Source of the DNA: Terriglobales bacterium
GTDB taxonomy: Bacteria > Acidobacteriota > Terriglobia > Terriglobales > SCQP01
NCBI GenBank assembly: GCA_050747745.1
Contig: JBOGKM010000029.1
Location: 8,993-72,992 of the forward strand
Direction: 5' to 3'
DNA: 64,000 nucleotides
The notes beneath the pieces are model-generated. The model saw only the letters and a list, made by a program, of their open reading frames with translations. It did not search any database and had not been told where the DNA came from. Of this stretch, positions 36,037 to 46,192 are shown in pieces. The translations under genes were made by a program, and so were the position numbers. Each line of letters starts with the position of its first letter. Positions within the stretch are counted from its first letter, which is position 1.

Positions 36037-37350
36037 GTGCCCGCCGCTACAGGATTGACGGCTATCGTCGGCGCCGGCATTGCCGGCTTGAGCGCGGCTT
36101 GGACCCTGCACCAACAGGACCGCGCCTTTCTACTACTGGAGGCGGAAAACCGCTGTGGCGGCACCGTCCGGACCGAACGCGAAGACGGATTCGTATACGA
36201 GGGCGGGCCGGACTCGTTTCTGGCATCGAAAACCGCGGCCCTGGATTTGTGCCGCGAGCTGGGACTGGAAGAGGAACTCATTGCCCCCAGGCCGCAACCG
36301 CTGGGCCCACGCGTCTGGCAGCGCGGGCGATTGCAACCGATTCCGTCCGGCTGGCGCCTGCTGGCGCCCACACGCCTGCTCCCGGTGCTGCGCTCGCCGC
36401 TGTTTTCCCCCGCGGTCAAGGCCGCCATCGCCTGGCACTGGCGGCGCATCGCCGTCCCGGCGCGCGAGCAGGAGACCGTGGCTGCCTACCTGGAGCGGCG
36501 TTTTGGAGCTTTCGCCGCCGCCGCCCTTAGTGCCGCCGTCACCGCGCCCCTGCTGGCAGGCGTGTACGGCGGCGATCCCGCCCGCCTGGGTGCGACGTGG
36601 GCGCAGCCGGCTCCGGCGCTGGCGCATGGAGGTCCCATGTTCCTGAGCTTTCGTGGCGGCATGGAGGTGTTGGTCGGGCGCTTGCAGGAGAAGCTGAGGC
36701 CCCATATGCGGCTGGGCTGGCGCGTCCGCAGCGTGCAGGCGGATGGCGCGGCCGGCTACCTTCTGGAATCGCAGGCGGGTGAGCGGATCGAAGCGGCGCG
36801 TCTGCTGCTGGCCCTTCCGGCTTGGCAAGCGGCCGCCCGAGTGCGCGAGCTCGATCCCGAGCTGGAAGCAGCGCTCGCAGCAATCCCCTATGCTTCCTCC
36901 ATCAACGTCAACGCCGCTTTTCGCCAGGCGCCTGTGCTGCCTCGCGGACACGGTTTTGTGGCGAGCGGAGCGGGTGAGTTGCTGGCGTGCACGTTCGCCC
37001 ATCAGAAATTTGCCGGCCGCGCACCCCGGGGAGGCGCCTTGCTCCGCCTATTTTATGGAGAGGCGCTTGCCACGGCAAGCGAGGAGCGCATGGCAGCGCA
37101 GGTCTGCGCGGACCTGCAAAAACTGCTGGGCATTACGACCCCTCCCGACCGGCTGCACCTGCGCCGATGTCTGCGCGCCCTGCCGCAGTACACCCCAGCT
37201 CACGGACAAATCCTGCGGCGCCTGCGCGCCGCCCTGCAACGCCACCCCGCCCTGGCGCTGGCGGGCAATGCATACAGCGGCCTAGGCGTGCCCGACTGCA
37301 TTGCCTCGGGCCGCGCTGCTGCCGCCGGGAGAGCCGCGGGCATACAATAG
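36037..37350 (+). CDS. hemY: Protoporphyrinogen/coproporphyrinogen oxidase (HemY-type FAD amine-oxidase fold)
   Basis: 'IVGAGIAGLSAAW' dinucleotide fold, 'LLLEAENRCGGTVRTEREDGFVYEGGPDSF', and a C-terminal 'LALAGNAYSGLGVPDCIASGRAAA'. Confidence 0.85.
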   Translation: MPAATGLTAIVGAGIAGLSAAWTLHQQDRAFLLLEAENRCGGTVRTEREDGFVYEGGPDSFLASKTAALDLCRELGLEEELIAPRPQPLGPRVWQRGRLQPIPSGWRLLAPTRLLPVLRSPLFSPAVKAAIAWHWRRIAVPAREQETVAAYLERRFGAFAAAALSAAVTAPLLAGVYGGDPARLGATWAQPAPALAHGGPMFLSFRGGMEVLVGRLQEKLRPHMRLGWRVRSVQADGAAGYLLESQAGERIEAARLLLALPAWQAAARVRELDPELEAALAAIPYASSINVNAAFRQAPVLPRGHGFVASGAGELLACTFAHQKFAGRAPRGGALLRLFYGEALATASEERMAAQVCADLQKLLGITTPPDRLHLRRCLRALPQYTPAHGQILRRLRAALQRHPALALAGNAYSGLGVPDCIASGRAAAAGRAAGIQ

Positions 37351-37355
37351 CCCGC

Positions 37356-38999
37356 GTGGGCACAAGCTGCCAACTACTGCAAGTCGTTCACGCCCTGTAT
37401 CCTCAATCGGCGGGCGAAATCGAGCAGTATGCCTGGGAAATTGCGCGCGGGCTGGGCGGCGCTGTTCTCAGCCTGAGCCCGCAGCCGGGCACCCCGCCGC
37501 CCGCCTGGGAGGGCCTGCAAGTGCTGACCCCGGCCCCCGGGGAAACCGCCATGGCCACCTGGCAGCGCGCCCTCGATTGCGTCCAGCCACGGGCGGTGTT
37601 CGTGCAGCACCTGGGCGCGCTCAGCCCCGCCGTGCTACTGGATTTGCGCGAGCGCAGCATTCCCTACGCCGTGTTCCTGCACGACTTTACGCCCCTGTGC
37701 CCCACCCATCACCTCTGGCACCGCAGCGAGGAAAACTGTAGCGGACCGGGCGCCACCGGCTGGAAGTGCGCGTGGTGTATCAGCGGCGACCTGCGCCGCG
37801 TAGCGGAACTGCCGCTGCGCATGATGCTCTATCGCCATCGGCCGCAGGACTGGCGCACCGCGCTGGTGCGCGCCGAAGCCCTGGTGACCAGTTCGCGTTT
37901 CGCGCGCGATTTCTGGATCGGGCAGGGTGGCCCTCCCGAGCGCATCACGGTGGTGGCACCGCGGCTGGGACTGGATGACGGGCCGCGCCCGGCCGTGGGC
38001 GTTCCCCCCCGCCGCCGCTTGTTGTTTGCCGGCGGTCCTGGCCATGCCGGCGGCGCCGAGCTGCTGGGTGCGGCCCTGGATCTGGTCGCCGAGCCGGTGC
38101 AGCTGGAGGTGCTGGGACGGCGCAGCGAAGCGGAGCAGTTGCGGCTGCGTGCCGGCATTGCCGATCGTCACGGCCTTACCTTTCACGGCCAGATTGCACC
38201 CGCCGAGCTGCTCGCCCGGCTCGCCGCCTGCGGCACCGTTATTGTTCCGCCCCGCTGGCAGCAGCCCTTCAGCCGCTTGATCGCTGACGCCCAGGCCGCC
38301 GGCGCCCGTGTCGTCGCCACTGCCGTCGGCGGCTTGCCGGAGCAGATTATCCACGGCGTTAACGGCTTTCTTGCCGCTCCCGATGATGCCCAGGCTCTGG
38401 CCGAGGGTCTGGTCGAGGCCTGGAGCCAGGACCAGCCTGCCTGGGCGGGAGAGCGCGTCGCGGGCAACGCGCGCTCAGCAGGTTTAGCCAGCTCCGATGC
38501 GCTCCATCGTCTTTTGGATCTGATGATCCGCGGCGTGACTGAGCCCGATCCCGCCCTCGAGCTCGAGCATGGCCGGTGGTTGCGGCACCAGGCGGCCGCC
38601 GAAGCCGCCACGGTGTTGGAGGAAGCGCAAAAACTTTCGCTGGCCCTGAGAGACCCGGGGGAAGCCGAACCCGCCTTCGCTTCCCGCGCCTACGCCACCA
38701 CGCGCCAACGCATGCTGGACCTGAATCATGCCGTCGCGTTTTTCCGCGGCCGCGGCTGCCGCCGCATTGCCAATGCCGGCACGCAAGACCGAACCGCCCT
38801 CGATGTGATGGGGGCGCTGGACATCTGGGGCTTGGAAATGGTCTCCGTCCACGATTTACCGGATGGCATTTGGGTGGAAGCGGATACGGTGAAGCCGGAG
38901 CTGCTGCGCCGGCGGTTTCCGCAGGCGAAGGCGCTGGTGACGAGCTTGCCCGAGGGCCTGGAAACCGTCGCGTGGTCCGAGGACGCGCCGGGAGAATAA
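37356..38999 (+). CDS. Glycosyltransferase family 1 (GT-B) protein with a ~190-aa C-terminal extension of unknown function
   Basis: GTG 37356 lies 5 nt after hemY. 'LLQVVHALYPQSAGEIEQY...' forms the N-domain and 'LLFAGGPG...FHGQI..ELLARL..VIVPPRWQQPFSRLIADAQAAGARVVATAVGGLPEQIIHGVNGFL' is the Glycos_transf_1 core. Confidence 0.75.
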   Translation: MGTSCQLLQVVHALYPQSAGEIEQYAWEIARGLGGAVLSLSPQPGTPPPAWEGLQVLTPAPGETAMATWQRALDCVQPRAVFVQHLGALSPAVLLDLRERSIPYAVFLHDFTPLCPTHHLWHRSEENCSGPGATGWKCAWCISGDLRRVAELPLRMMLYRHRPQDWRTALVRAEALVTSSRFARDFWIGQGGPPERITVVAPRLGLDDGPRPAVGVPPRRRLLFAGGPGHAGGAELLGAALDLVAEPVQLEVLGRRSEAEQLRLRAGIADRHGLTFHGQIAPAELLARLAACGTVIVPPRWQQPFSRLIADAQAAGARVVATAVGGLPEQIIHGVNGFLAAPDDAQALAEGLVEAWSQDQPAWAGERVAGNARSAGLASSDALHRLLDLMIRGVTEPDPALELEHGRWLRHQAAAEAATVLEEAQKLSLALRDPGEAEPAFASRAYATTRQRMLDLNHAVAFFRGRGCRRIANAGTQDRTALDVMGALDIWGLEMVSVHDLPDGIWVEADTVKPELLRRRFPQAKALVTSLPEGLETVAWSEDAPGE

Positions 39000-39120
39000 A
39001 TTTTATCCAAACCTGTAACTTTGCCCTCGCCGCCCCGTTGTGAGCTTGTAGGCGCTTCCAGGTGGGACCGGATCGCCGCCGTCGCGCTGCCAAAGCGCAA
39101 GAGGCGGGAGGGTTATCGGC

Positions 39121-39462
39121 ATGGAACACAACGAATATCGGGATTTCTTTTCCACTTTGTCCAATGTCTCCCGTATGGCGATCGTGCAGATGCTCCGTCG
39201 CCGTGGCGCTACGGTGACTCAAATTGCTGAGACGCTGGGCTTCGAGCAGAGCCGGGTTTCCCATTCCTTGGCGCGGCTTCAACGGGCCGGCATCGTGGTG
39301 TGCCGCTGGGAGCAGAAGCGGAAGATGTTTCACCTGGTCGAGGGCATAGCGCCGCTCCTGCACGATATCGAAGCTTACCTGGAAGCACGGCCCAAGCTTG
39401 GCCGGGCCGAGGCGGCGGCCTCTTGGCAGGCACCGGCTTGGGCGGCGGCCGGCTCCGAGTAG
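39121..39462 (+). CDS. ArsR/SmtB-family winged-helix transcriptional regulator
   Basis: 'FFSTLSNVSRMAIVQMLRRRGATVTQIAETLGFEQSRVSHSLARLQRAGIV..RWEQKRKMFHL' shows the HTH plus wing pattern of ArsR-type repressors. Confidence 0.8.
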   Translation: MEHNEYRDFFSTLSNVSRMAIVQMLRRRGATVTQIAETLGFEQSRVSHSLARLQRAGIVVCRWEQKRKMFHLVEGIAPLLHDIEAYLEARPKLGRAEAAASWQAPAWAAAGSE

Positions 39463-39466
39463 GCGC

Positions 39467-39967
39467 TTACGCCGCTTTGGCAAATAGCGGCTGGGAAATA
39501 TCGGTCAAGCGTTCGTCGGCGATGCGCTCCTCGGCTTCATTATCGGCGAGCAGCCTCGCCACTTGCAATTCGGCGATGCGGTCAGCCAGCGTGCGCAGCG
39601 ACCCGTAGCCGGAAATTTCGTAGTGTTCAATCTTTTGCGCGGCGACAATGAGCGAAAGATCCGAGCTGGAGGGGTCGCGATCCCTGCCCTCGTTGATGCT
39701 CTCCTCGCTTTCCTCGATCAAGCCCTGCATTCCCTTGCAGGTCTGCGCTTTAGGCTTGATGCTGAGCAGTTCAAACGCCTGGTTCAGCCGCTCAATATGG
39801 CCGCGGGTTTGCTCCAGGTGATCGGTAAAACACTGGCTCAACTGGGGAGACTGGGCGGCTTTGGCCATCTTCGGCAGAGCTTTTACCAGCTGATTTTCGG
39901 CATGGAGGAGATCCTCCATCTCGTCCACGAGCAGAGCTTTCAATTGCGGGAGGTTTTCGTGTGGCAT
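39467..39967 (-). CDS. Ferritin-like DUF892 (YciE/YciF) family protein
   Basis: 'LLVDEMEDLLHAENQLVKALPKMAKAA..L...F..HLEQTRGHIERLNQAFELL' and 'AAQKIEHYEISGYGSL' form the characteristic DUF892 four-helix pattern. Confidence 0.85.
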   Translation of the reverse strand: MPHENLPQLKALLVDEMEDLLHAENQLVKALPKMAKAAQSPQLSQCFTDHLEQTRGHIERLNQAFELLSIKPKAQTCKGMQGLIEESEESINEGRDRDPSSSDLSLIVAAQKIEHYEISGYGSLRTLADRIAELQVARLLADNEAEERIADERLTDISQPLFAKAA

Positions 39968-40109
39968 GGGCAGGTCCTTGGGAGGATGGGATGTGGGATA
40001 GCGGATGCGATGCCCCGCGCGATCGGGCCAGTTGCATGCAGGGGCGGATTTGAGTTCTCGTCGAGTAGTGTGCTATAAGAACTCCGGTCACCTTAGCAGG
40101 GGGTTACAG

Positions 40110-43100
40110 ATGCGCATGGGTCGTCGTGTGGTGTTCGGTTTGCTTCCGGTGGCATTGTTGCTGGCTGGCGTAGCGGTGGCGCAATCGGCGCCGGCTGCGG
40201 TATGGAGCCAACTGCGCTGGCGCAGCATCGGGCCCTACGTTGGCGGCCGGGTGGTCGCGGTCGACGGCGTCGCCCGGGATCCGAATCTGTTTTTCATGGG
40301 CACGGTCGGTGGCGGGATTTGGAAGAGCACCGACTACGGGCTGCAGTGGAAAAACATTTCCGACGGCACGCTGCCCGGCGCCAGCGCCAGCATCGGAGCG
40401 CTGGCGGCCGCACCCTCGAATCCGAAAATTATTTACGCCGGTACAGGCGAATGCGATATCCGCAACGACACTATTCCCGGCGACGGCATTTTCAAATCCA
40501 CCGACGGCGGCAAAACCTGGAAATACGCTGGTTTGCGCGCCACCCGCACCACCTGCGCCCTCGCCATTGATCCGCAGAATCCTGACGTTGTTTACGCCGC
40601 TTCCATGGGCCAGGTGTTCGTGCCGAATGCCGAAGGCGGAGTCTACAAGACAACCGATGGCGGCCAAACCTGGAACAAGATTCTTTCCGTGAACGACCGC
40701 ACCGGCGCGATTGACCTGGTGATGCAGCCGGGCCAGCCGGACGAGCTGTACGCCGCCCTGTGGCAGGCACAGCGCACTCCCTGGACCTTGGACGATGGCG
40801 GAGCGGGCAGCGGTTTGTACAAAACCACCGATGGCGGCGCCCACTGGACCAACCTGATCCGCAATCCCGGCATGCCCGCCGGCACCATCGGGCGGGTCGG
40901 TGTCAGCGTGACCGCAGCCGATCCCGAGCGCGTGTACGCCATCGTCGAGGCCAAGCACGGAGGTGTGTTCCGCTCCTCCGATGGTGGCCAGACCTGGAAG
41001 CGCGTGAACAAGGATTGGCAGTTGCGTATCCGCGCCTTTTACTACACCGCCTTGTATGCCGATCCCAAGGACGCCAACGTGGTCTACGCCCCCCAGGTGG
41101 CCGCGCTTTGGGTCTCGCGCGACGGCGGCGAGACCTTCCAGCGTCTGCATACGCCCCACGGCGACAACCACATCGTCTGGATCAACCCGGATCAGACGAA
41201 GATTCTGCTGGAGGGCAACGACGGCGGTGCGACCGTTTCCACCGACGGCGGCAAGAGCTGGAGCAGCGAGGATAATCAGCCCACGGGCGAGATGTACCAC
41301 GTCAACATTGACAATGAATTTCCCTTCCATGTCTACGGGGCGCAGCAGGACGAAGGTTCAAGCGAAGGTCCCAGCTCGACGCCTGCGGGCGGCATTCCGC
41401 TTTCGGCGTGGAAAGAAATTGCCGGCGGCGAAAGCACCCATGTGGTGCCCGTGCCCGGCGAACCCTGGATCAATTTCGGCAGCGGCTACTTCGAGCTGTT
41501 CACCAGCAAGAACCGGCGCACGGGCGAAGTAGACGATGTCAGTCCGGAGCCGGACATGCACGACGGCGAGGCGGCCAGCGCCATGACGTACCGCTTCGGG
41601 TGGACGCACGCGATCACCTTTTCGCCCGTGAACCCCAAGCAGTTGCTGCTCGGTGCCCAGTACGTGCTGGAAAGCTTCGATTATGGCCGCACCTGGAAAC
41701 GCATCAGCCCGGATCTGACCCGCAACAATCCCGCCACCGAAGGTCCCTCCGGCGGTCCCGTCACGCTCGATCAGACGGGCGCGGAAACCTATCCTGGCTT
41801 GCAGACGATCGCGGTTTCGCCGTTGAACGGCAACCTCATTTGGGCGGGCTCGGACGACGGCCTGGCGCACGTCACCCGCAACGGCGGCAAGACCTGGCAG
41901 GCGGTGACACCGCCGCAGTTGCCGGACCAGTCCTGGATCAGTTGCATTGAGCCTTCCTACTCCGATCCGGGCACGGCTTATCTGACCGCTCGACGCTACA
42001 TGTGGAACGACTACCAGCCCTACGTTTACAAAACCACCGACTACGGCCAGACCTGGACGCCGATCGTTAACGGCTTGCCCGCGCACAGCTATGTCTTTGA
42101 GCTGCGCCAGGATCCGGATGCGCCCAATTTGTTGTTTCTGGGCACGAACAGCACTGTCGAGGTGAGTTTCGACGACGGCCAGCTCTGGCAGCCGCTGGCG
42201 CTGAACCTGCCCACCGTCCAGGTGCGGGATCTTGCAGTCGACCGGCGTCAGGGCGAGCTGGTGATTGCCACCCACGGACGGGCGTTCTGGATTCTCGACA
42301 ATCTGGCGATGCTCGAGCAGCTCAGCCGCAAGCCGGACGCGGGTTCGACTAGCCCGTATCTGTTCACACCCGAGAAGGTCTGGCTCAGCCCGGCCTATGG
42401 CGGCGGCCGGTTTCCGCGGCCGGGTGCGGGTCAGAATCCGCCGTTTGGGGCCACGGTGTTTTTTACCATCCCCGCCAGCTATGATGGCTCGACACCGGTC
42501 CAGTTGAGCTTTGCCAACGCGCAGGGCCAGACCATCCGCAGCTTTGCGCTGCACCTGAAAAACAAGGCGGCCAATGCAGCTGGAGCGGGCGCGCCGGCGC
42601 GCGCCCTCAGTCCGGCGCAGCGGGCGCAGCGCGCCCGCCAGCGGCTCACGGCCATCACCCCGGGCACGAATCGCTTTCAATGGGATATGCGTTATCCAAG
42701 TGCCGCCAGCATCACCGGCTTCCAGCCTCCGGTGGGCGTCGGGGTGGCGTACAGCATGGCGGGACCGGTGATTACGCCGGGCGAGTACAGCGTGACCCTG
42801 AGCTACGGCGGCCAGAAGTTGGCGCGCAACTTTACCGTGGCCCTCGATCCGCGCCTGCACCCGCCCGCGGGAGCACTGGAAGCGCAACTAAAGCTGCAGT
42901 TGCAGATTCACGCCACGCTCGACCATTTGGATCAGCAAATCAATCAGGCCTTGGCCGAGCGCGCTCGCCTGCAGCAAGCCGGCAATAGCGGCGCCGCGGC
43001 CAGCCTCGGCCAGGCGCTGGCGCCGCTGGTACAGTTGAAGCTGCGGGGCGGAGAATCCGATGCCGTCTACGGCACCCGCTTGCACTTGCATCTGGCGTTT

Positions 43101-43229
43101 CTAGCGGGCGAAGTGACCGAAGGCTACCGCAGCCCCACGCCCGCAGAGCTGGCGGCCTATCAGTACCTGGCCGGCAAAATTGCTACTGCCGAGCAGGCGC
43201 TCACGGCAGCCATGGCACGGGGTCGGTAG
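40110..43229 (+). CDS. Secreted BNR/sortilin (VPS10)-like double beta-propeller protein (GH74-like glycosyl-hydrolase superfamily)
   Basis: Start ATG 40110 with a signal peptide. At least 11 Asp-box repeats of S/T-x-D-x-G-x-T/S-W type ('STDGGKTWKY', 'TTDGGQTWNK', 'SSDGGQTWKR', 'STDGGKSWSS', 'TTDYGQTWTP', ...). Confidence 0.85.
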   Translation: MRMGRRVVFGLLPVALLLAGVAVAQSAPAAVWSQLRWRSIGPYVGGRVVAVDGVARDPNLFFMGTVGGGIWKSTDYGLQWKNISDGTLPGASASIGALAAAPSNPKIIYAGTGECDIRNDTIPGDGIFKSTDGGKTWKYAGLRATRTTCALAIDPQNPDVVYAASMGQVFVPNAEGGVYKTTDGGQTWNKILSVNDRTGAIDLVMQPGQPDELYAALWQAQRTPWTLDDGGAGSGLYKTTDGGAHWTNLIRNPGMPAGTIGRVGVSVTAADPERVYAIVEAKHGGVFRSSDGGQTWKRVNKDWQLRIRAFYYTALYADPKDANVVYAPQVAALWVSRDGGETFQRLHTPHGDNHIVWINPDQTKILLEGNDGGATVSTDGGKSWSSEDNQPTGEMYHVNIDNEFPFHVYGAQQDEGSSEGPSSTPAGGIPLSAWKEIAGGESTHVVPVPGEPWINFGSGYFELFTSKNRRTGEVDDVSPEPDMHDGEAASAMTYRFGWTHAITFSPVNPKQLLLGAQYVLESFDYGRTWKRISPDLTRNNPATEGPSGGPVTLDQTGAETYPGLQTIAVSPLNGNLIWAGSDDGLAHVTRNGGKTWQAVTPPQLPDQSWISCIEPSYSDPGTAYLTARRYMWNDYQPYVYKTTDYGQTWTPIVNGLPAHSYVFELRQDPDAPNLLFLGTNSTVEVSFDDGQLWQPLALNLPTVQVRDLAVDRRQGELVIATHGRAFWILDNLAMLEQLSRKPDAGSTSPYLFTPEKVWLSPAYGGGRFPRPGAGQNPPFGATVFFTIPASYDGSTPVQLSFANAQGQTIRSFALHLKNKAANAAGAGAPARALSPAQRAQRARQRLTAITPGTNRFQWDMRYPSAASITGFQPPVGVGVAYSMAGPVITPGEYSVTLSYGGQKLARNFTVALDPRLHPPAGALEAQLKLQLQIHATLDHLDQQINQALAERARLQQAGNSGAAASLGQALAPLVQLKLRGGESDAVYGTRLHLHLAFLAGEVTEGYRSPTPAELAAYQYLAGKIATAEQALTAAMARGR

Positions 43230-43248
43230 GGGTCCAGTAGATATCGAG

Positions 43249-43335
43249 TGGTGCCGCAGAAGGGACTCGAACCCCCACTCCCTTGCGAGAACGTGGACCT
43301 GAACCACGCGCGTCTGCCAGTTCCGCCACTGCGGC
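43249..43335 (-). tRNA. tRNA-Leu (anticodon CAG), class II with long variable arm, CCA encoded
   Basis: The reverse complement reads GCCGCAGTGGCGGAACTGGCAGACGCGCGTGGTTCAGGTCCACGTTCTCGCAAGGGAGTGGGGGTTCGAGTCCCTTCTGCGGCACCA. It has a 7-bp acceptor stem, anticodon stem CGTGG/CCACG with loop TTCAGGT, and a GTTCGAGTC T-loop. Confidence 0.93.
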
Positions 43336-43353
43336 ACGCCCGACTAGTTTACC

Positions 43354-44778
43354 TCAACTCGGGCTGTGATTCGGAAGCTCCAGCAGAAAACGTGCCGGCC
43401 GGCCGGGCGGGCTGGCCAGGCTGAGCGTGCCGCCATGGATGCGCGCGATTTCCGCGGCGCTGAACAAGCCCAACCCCATGCCCTGGGGCTTGGTGGTGGC
43501 GTAGGCCTCGAACAGCCGCAGCCGCAGCTCGGCAGCGACGCCCGGACCGGTATCCTCGACCCAGGCGCGCACGTGATGCTGGTCGGCCTCCGTGTGTACA
43601 GTGATGCGGCCGGAGGCGGCGCCCACCGCCTCGATGGCGTTGAACAGCAAGTTGACCAGCACCCGCTGCAGGTCGTGATAGTGGCCCGCTACGGTGGGCA
43701 CAGGCTGCAGCTCGGAAACAATTTCCAGGCCCGTCCGGCTGCGCCAAAGCGGACGCGTCAGCTCGATCGCCTCGCGCGCCACCTGGGACAAATCCACCGC
43801 CGTGCGCTCGCCTCCGCCGGTGATAGAGTCGCGCATGCGGCGCACGATCTGGGCGCCATCGACGGCGGCGCGGTCGATCATTTCGCGGTAGCGGCGCCGT
43901 TCGGCGGCGGGAGCATTTTCGTGCAACTCGAGCACGGCCAGCGCCCGCCGGATAATATCCAGCACGTGATTGAAGTCGTGGCTAAGGCCGGCGAATATCT
44001 TTCCCGCGCCGGCCAGGCGCGCATTGTCCAGCAGCCGGGATTGCAGGTCCTTGATGGCGGTCAGGTCGGTGATCACCACCACCGCGCCTTCCAACCGGCC
44101 CCCGGCGCCCAGCCATGGGATGGCGTGAATGAGCACCTGAATGCGGCGGTTGCGGCCGACGTCGAGAATCGCGCCCTGCTGGTGAATGGCGATGCCGGCG
44201 CGGCTGGCGGCCTCCAGCGTGGTCGGCGCCGGCACCGGAGCGGCCGTGCTCGAGGTGAACTGGAAGCGCTGGGCAAGGTCCTCGGCATGCTCGCCCACCA
44301 GGGTTTCGCCGGGGCGGTCGAGCATGGCGTGCGTCGCGGTGTTCATGGAGGTCACGCGAAAATCAGGGCCGAACATCACCACCGCATCGCTGATATTGTC
44401 CATCACCGCGGCCATTTGCCGTGCGCCGCTGACGGCCTGGCGTCCGCTGTGCCGCCGCTGTTCCATTAGCCACAGCAGGAACAGGCCCACCAGCAGCAGG
44501 ATCAGTTCGGCTGCACCGGTCTCGGCCGGCGTGGGCGCGAACAGCCTGGTCTCGGCGGGAAACAGCCAAATGCGGTACACGCTGCTGCCGGCCACGCTCA
44601 GCAGCACCGAAGCCAGTCCCGCCCAGGCTCCGAACAAAGCTTCGCTGATCACGATTCCGGGCAAGTACACCAGCAGCGTAATGGACCGATTCGGATGGAC
44701 CCAAATCAGGATCGCGGTGGCGGCAAGAGAAAGCCCGATCACTGCCCACGCCACGCCCAGGGTGCGCCGGAACTGCAT
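43354..44778 (-). CDS. Membrane sensor histidine kinase (TM region, PAS, HisKA, HATPase_c); no adjacent response regulator
   Basis: 4-5 N-terminal TM helices, a PAS-like 'MAAVMDNISDAVVMFGPDFRVTSMN', H-box 'FAGLSHDFNHVLDII', N-box 'LLFNAIEA', and G-boxes 'DTGPGV' and 'GMGLGL'. Confidence 0.88.
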   Translation of the reverse strand: MQFRRTLGVAWAVIGLSLAATAILIWVHPNRSITLLVYLPGIVISEALFGAWAGLASVLLSVAGSSVYRIWLFPAETRLFAPTPAETGAAELILLLVGLFLLWLMEQRRHSGRQAVSGARQMAAVMDNISDAVVMFGPDFRVTSMNTATHAMLDRPGETLVGEHAEDLAQRFQFTSSTAAPVPAPTTLEAASRAGIAIHQQGAILDVGRNRRIQVLIHAIPWLGAGGRLEGAVVVITDLTAIKDLQSRLLDNARLAGAGKIFAGLSHDFNHVLDIIRRALAVLELHENAPAAERRRYREMIDRAAVDGAQIVRRMRDSITGGGERTAVDLSQVAREAIELTRPLWRSRTGLEIVSELQPVPTVAGHYHDLQRVLVNLLFNAIEAVGAASGRITVHTEADQHHVRAWVEDTGPGVAAELRLRLFEAYATTKPQGMGLGLFSAAEIARIHGGTLSLASPPGRPARFLLELPNHSPS

Positions 44779-44819
44779 CCCCAGCTAAGATGCGTTCACC
44801 CGGCTGAAGCGGACTCCGA

Positions 44820-45734
44820 CTATTGCATCGGCAGGGCGCGGGGAACGACTTGCTCGGCCTGATCGCGGGCGTGATAGGAGCTGCGCACCAGCGGCCCGGC
44901 TTCCACGTGGCCAAACCCCAGGGCCAGGGCCTGGACCTTAATTGCGGCAAATTCTTCCGGTGTGTACATGCGCTTGACTGGCAAATGGTTGCGGCTGGGG
45001 CGCAAGTACTGGCCCAGGGTCAAAATATCGCAGCCGGTGGCCGCCAGCCTCTGCAAGGCCGCGAATAGTTGGGCCTCGGTTTCTCCCAACCCCAGCATGA
45101 GGCCGCTTTTGCTGAGCATGCCTGGGGCGAAGCGTTTGACGTTGCGCAGCAGTTCCAGCGAACGCTCAAACTGGGCGCCCGGCCGGACAAAACGGTACAG
45201 CTCGGGCACGGTTTCGGTATTGTGGTTCAGGATTTGGGGCCCAGCATCGAGCACGATGCGCAGAGCGGCCTCGCTGCCCCGGAAATCCGGGATGAGGACC
45301 TCCACCGAGCATTCCGGCAGGCGTGCATGGATGGCGGCGATGGTTTGGGAGAAAATCCTCGCCCCGCCGAGGTTATCGTCGTCCCGGTCGACGGAAGTGA
45401 TCACCGCATGGCGCAGCCGCAGCCGCAGCACCGCTTCGGCGACCCGGCGGGGTTCGTCCGTATCCAGCGGCAGCGGCCGGCCCTTGGGCACGGCACAGAA
45501 GCCGCAGCGGCGGGTACAGAGATTGCCCAGGATCATGAACGTGGCCGTGCCGCGATTCCAACAGTCGCCGATGTTGGGGCAGCGAGCCGACTCGCATACG
45601 GTGTGCAGGCTGAGCTGGCGCGCCAGGGCCTTGAGGTGATGGTAGTTGTCTCCCCCAGGCATGCGGACCCGCAGCCACTCCGGACGCGGCGGACGCAGCG
45701 CCGCCGCCGGCTCGATTTGCACCAGCGTTTCCAT
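44820..45734 (-). CDS. lipA: Lipoyl synthase
   Basis: 'LHTVCESARCPNIGDCW' (auxiliary cluster) and 'FMILGNLCTRRCGFCAV' (radical SAM CxxxCxxC), plus 'RSSYHA' at the C-terminus. Confidence 0.95.
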   Translation of the reverse strand: METLVQIEPAAALRPPRPEWLRVRMPGGDNYHHLKALARQLSLHTVCESARCPNIGDCWNRGTATFMILGNLCTRRCGFCAVPKGRPLPLDTDEPRRVAEAVLRLRLRHAVITSVDRDDDNLGGARIFSQTIAAIHARLPECSVEVLIPDFRGSEAALRIVLDAGPQILNHNTETVPELYRFVRPGAQFERSLELLRNVKRFAPGMLSKSGLMLGLGETEAQLFAALQRLAATGCDILTLGQYLRPSRNHLPVKRMYTPEEFAAIKVQALALGFGHVEAGPLVRSSYHARDQAEQVVPRALPMQ

Positions 45735-45781
45735 GCTGTCTCCTTGATTTTATCGCTATACTGGCACTCAGAGGTGCTCCC

Positions 45782-46192
45782 GTGAGCAACGACGCCAGCC
45801 AGGAACGCGTGCGATGGTTCGCCAGCCAGGTCGGCCTGGAGGTGTTCTTTATCGCAGCGGGAGAGCTGGAACCCGGTTCCACACTGGGCGCGGTGTTCAC
45901 GCTGGAAGACTATGACGCGCCGCTGGAACCGATCGCCGCCGGCGCCAGCGATGAGCAGATCCGCGCCGCCGTCGAGCGTGCCCGCCGTACTCTGATCGAG
46001 CGCTGCGGGTGTGAGATCGTGCACGACGGCGCGGGCGTGTTCCGCTGCCTCAGCCACGACGTGGAATGCGACACCGGCGAGGAGCAGGATCCCGTCATCC
46101 GGCAGACGCTGCGCTGGACCGCTGCCTGCCCGGTAGGCGGCGTCACGCAGGCGTTTCACTTGGCTGGGCACCAGCCACCGGAGAATAAATAA
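45782..46192 (+). CDS. Hypothetical protein (136 aa)
   Basis: GTG-start ORF with acidic, protein-like composition. Its stop overlaps the SYLF gene start by 1 nt (TAATG), suggesting co-translation. No recognised domain. Confidence 0.5.
   Translation: MSNDASQERVRWFASQVGLEVFFIAAGELEPGSTLGAVFTLEDYDAPLEPIAAGASDEQIRAAVERARRTLIERCGCEIVHDGAGVFRCLSHDVECDTGEEQDPVIRQTLRWTAACPVGGVTQAFHLAGHQPPENK

Noticed and set aside
35952-36449. N-terminal extensions of track ORFs into neighbouring genes (S10 peptidase 35952-36449; lptD 25304-25582; glycosyltransferase 36987-37355; BNR 40005-40109; 57941-58627)
   Set aside because: In each case a good signal peptide or conserved N-terminus starts at an internal start codon. 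The upstream part overlaps another supported gene or is Arg/Ser-rich.
43230-43353. tRNA-Leu as a possible genomic-island integration site
   Set aside because: No integrase, direct repeat of the tRNA 3' end or compositional break is visible on either side. The neighbours are an ordinary BNR protein gene and a histidine kinase gene.
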